A DNA stretch of 64,000 nucleotides from Macrostomum lignano (taxonomy: Eukaryota), in assembly GCA_002269645.1 (NCBI GenBank), contig NIVC01000529.1:170213-234212 (forward strand), read 5' to 3'. This document shows positions 61,456 to 64,000 of this stretch, one piece after another (the first letter of the stretch is position 1; every line of letters starts with the position of its first letter). Both the position numbers and the translations under genes were made by a program. Below the pieces are notes generated by a model, which saw only the letters and a list, made by a program, of their open reading frames with translations, ran no database searches and was not told the DNA's origin.

Positions 61456-61474
61456 GAGAAGAGATGCGCAAAAG

Positions 61475-62534
61475 CTAAACCTTTCTTAAGTCTTTTTCAT
61501 CCACCCAGCCTGTCGAGTCGTAGCCGGCCCACTTCACCAGATAGCGAATTTTTCCCTTCCGCTTCTCCGTTTTCAGAATCTTCTCAATCACATACAGTCG
61601 CTGTGAGTCCGGCACCGCCTGCAGCTCATGCTCATGAAAGAGACCCCGGATCTCCTCACCCTTTATGTCCCTAATCTTGTACATGTACGGATAGTGCTTC
61701 GGTGCCCTACATACTACAGTGTACACCTCCTCACTCCAGTTGGCCTTGTATCCTTTGTATCGTGCATTGGAAATTCTCACTGACTGCTTTTCACTGAATT
61801 TGGGCTTCTTTGGCTTTTACAGTCTCAATGGCTCTTCCATTGTAAAGGTTCATCCAGACCTCAGTCTCATTCTCTTTGCATACGCTAGTCGGTGCCATTT
61901 TGATGCTTCTGTGGTAAGTGTTGTTGTACGACTTGACCAGCTTTGGCAACACATCAACCCAATGCAAAGTGCTCTTGTGGGTGAAATATCGCCACATTTT
62001 GTTTTTCAAAGTTCTATTCCACCTCTCTATGATGGCTGCTTTTTGCTCACTATTAGTGGGGAATGCCAAAATTCCCTTGCTTATACAGAGCTCCCGAAAA
62101 TTGGTATTGATGAACTCTTTTCCTTGATCCGTGCGGACTGTGCGTGGCTGGCGCTTTGAGCACCTCAGGATACTCTCGAATGCGAACTTGACTTCCGCAG
62201 CTGATTTGTTTTTTAGAGGCCTGGCCCAACCAGATTTAGAGAGGACATCTATACATGTGAGAATATACTTGTAGCCGTTATTGTATTTTGCAAATGGTAT
62301 CATCTCAACCAGGTCAAGTTCCCACTGATCATCAATAGCCCTAACAATGATTGGTGCCATAGGATAGCGTCTCCTAGCTTGCTTGTGCAGTGTGTACACA
62401 GGCTGCTCAGTCAGCCATTGTCCGATGCTCTTTTTAGATTCACGATTATCCTGTGTTTTCTTGAGCTCGTGCAGAAGCTTTGAGACACCCGAGAAACTGG
62501 CAGGCTGAGCAGGGTTGTAGTAGATCTTTTCCAT
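61475..62534 (-). pseudogene. Retroviral-like (rve) integrase with C-terminal chromodomain, one frameshift near 61810
   Basis: YYNPAQPASFSG; DDE WELDL / TDQGKEF / IERWNRTLK; after the shift KPKF..VRIS...KGY.ANWSEE and IEKILK...YLVKWAGY. Confidence 0.92.
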
Positions 62535-62977
62535 TATCAAAATCAAGCTGAATGAAAGCCTGCAAAACAATTTTTTTAAGTTCTTTTCGCGGTTTGCTCA
62601 TTGAGCCACTGTTCAATGCTCTTTCAATTTTTATGCCCACCCTCTTCTCAACTTGATGCAGCAGCTTTGAGCAAATTGAAAAACTAGCTGGTTGGCCAGG
62701 AGCAAAGTAATTTTTTCCATTTTCTCAAGAAACAAAAGTCAACAGTCTAATTTTTTCTTAAGCACAAGAACAAAGGAAAACAATTTTTTATGAAAAGAAG
62801 CTTTTATATTTTTAGCGGATAAGAAACAATAAGTTGCATGATTTTCTTAAATGGAGAGACTTAATTAAGTTTTCTGGATAAATGAGCAATGTTAATTATA
62901 GAAATTGTTAAATGAGCCAATTTAAGTATGTCACCAGTCACCAAAGTTCTTCAAAGCACTTCTTATTTTCTTCTTCT

Positions 62978-63713
62978 TCACTCCTCATCCTCATTGAGGC
63001 GCAGTCTCATGGCATTCTGCCTGCGCAGCGGATATGGTTGCTTGCGCTTCCTGACGTTCTCGACCGCAGCTGCTTCAGCCCGGAAGCGATACCAGACTGG
63101 GTCCTGCAGCAAATCCGAATCCTGCTTTGGGATAAAGCCAGCTGCAGCACTTGTCACCGGTAGAGGCGTTGATGTGACCACTTCATCGTCGATGCGTAGA
63201 GTGCTTGATTGGACGCCCTCATCCTCAGTCTTCGCAAGCCGCAGTGTCGTCCTTGTTGCTGTTGTCATCATCATCACCGCTCTCGCTCGAAGATCCCGAC
63301 TCCAGCTCATACACATCAGAAATTTGGCGTGGGGCAGACAGCTGCTCGTCGATCCATGCAGCCTGCTCCCACAGTTTTCGCCACAGAGCTGGTGCCAAGC
63401 CACAGTGTTTCGCTTCAAAAATTCTTCGCAGCAATCTTCTGGAAGCCGTCTTAGCCAGATGATGCCGTTCTTAACCTCAACAAACTTATCAAAACCGAGT
63501 TTGATGATCCTCTGTTGCCCGCCTAGGGCCGCCTTCACGAGAGTTCGCTTCAGTTCTTTCAACTTCTCCCATTGTCGGATGTTGAGGTTAAATCCGGGAA
63601 CGCCGGGTTTTAAACTTGCTGTGCTGCCATGTCGATAAAATTTCCGAATCGCAATAACTGTACTCTTCATACTCTTGTACTTGAAGTTTGTAGCCTTCTC
63701 CAATATCGACCAT
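62978..63713 (-). pseudogene. Tandem PC4-like (ssDNA-binding/coactivator fold) protein with an acidic then basic tail, about 3 frameshifts
   Basis: Reconstructed repeat 1: MVDIGEGYKLQVQEYEE|TVIAIRKFY...LKPGVPGFNLNIRQWEKLKE. Repeat 2: IIKLGFDKFVEVKNGIIWLRRL...|EAKHCGLAPALWRKLWEQAAWIDEQL. Compare PC4 [26 protein letters not shown]...[26 protein letters not shown]. Confidence 0.75.
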
Positions 63714-63851
63714 TATTAATTAGTTATTACGATGTAACGGAGCGAGAATTTCAAATTTTTATTATTTGTGAAAACAAATTTTCTGGTTTATATACAAATA
63801 TCTCCTATGTAAACACATGCGGCTATGTATTCACATTACCCTATGGGACAC

Positions 63852-64000
63852 AGGTGCCTATGTACTCTCATTAGGAGTCTACGGAATTCCCATGGCTTTG
63901 CCTGCGGCAGAGTTGAGCTATGCAAACACATAGGCGCCCTTCTGATCCGGCCCACGGAATTTCCGTGGCTTTCTGCGGCAGAGTTGTGTTATCCTCTACT
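63852..64000 (-). repeat. Maverick right TIR (one 74-bp unit fewer than the left), truncated by the window edge
   Basis: AGGTGCCTA...GAGTTGTGTTATCCTCTACT is the reverse complement of the left TIR. Confidence 0.95.

Larger units (their letters stand above)
48011..64000. mobile_element. Maverick/Polinton, essentially full length (about 16 kb; last approx. 3 bp beyond the window)
   Basis: AGTAGT 5' end, inverted terminal repeats, pPolB, rve integrase with chromodomain, A32-like ATPase, adenain-like protease, major and minor capsid genes. Confidence 0.97.

Noticed and set aside
62928-63638. 236-aa plus-strand ORF in the Maverick
   Set aside because: Antisense shadow of the PC4-like gene; no ATG-supported or motif evidence.

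Overview
Eukaryotic animal genomic DNA. GC-rich exons with poly-Q/A/G tracts and introns stuffed with 20-50 bp minisatellites resemble the flatworm Macrostomum, but the species assignment is unverified inference. Host genes on the + strand: a 3-exon BTB/POZ protein (4788-8076), a 5-exon SYK/ZAP70-type tandem-SH2 tyrosine kinase (16944-29304, one apparent 1-nt deletion in the last exon), 5-exon USP14 (34615-40052), intronless ATP synthase subunit e (41428-41733) and an orphan exon (42.4-43.2 kb). On the - strand there is an intronless secreted IL-17-like cystine-knot gene (44917-45555). Mobile DNA: the 3' end of a Ty3/Gypsy element, two hAT non-autonomous elements and a Merlin-like MITE (all with verified 8-bp TSDs), a tRNA-SINE, a LINE 3' fragment and a tandemly duplicated Crypton tyrosine-recombinase element inside SYK intron 2. 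The last 16 kb (48011 to the window end) is an essentially complete Maverick/Polinton with both TIRs, pPolB, integrase, ATPase, protease, and major and minor capsid genes. Main result: this Maverick also carries a clear TATA-binding-protein (TBP) homolog, a tandem PC4-like gene (recoverable only by repairing frameshifts) and a ZZ-like zinc-finger ORF, i.e. a candidate element-encoded transcription-initiation module. Its pPolB appears to be spliced across a minisatellite-containing GT-AG intron.
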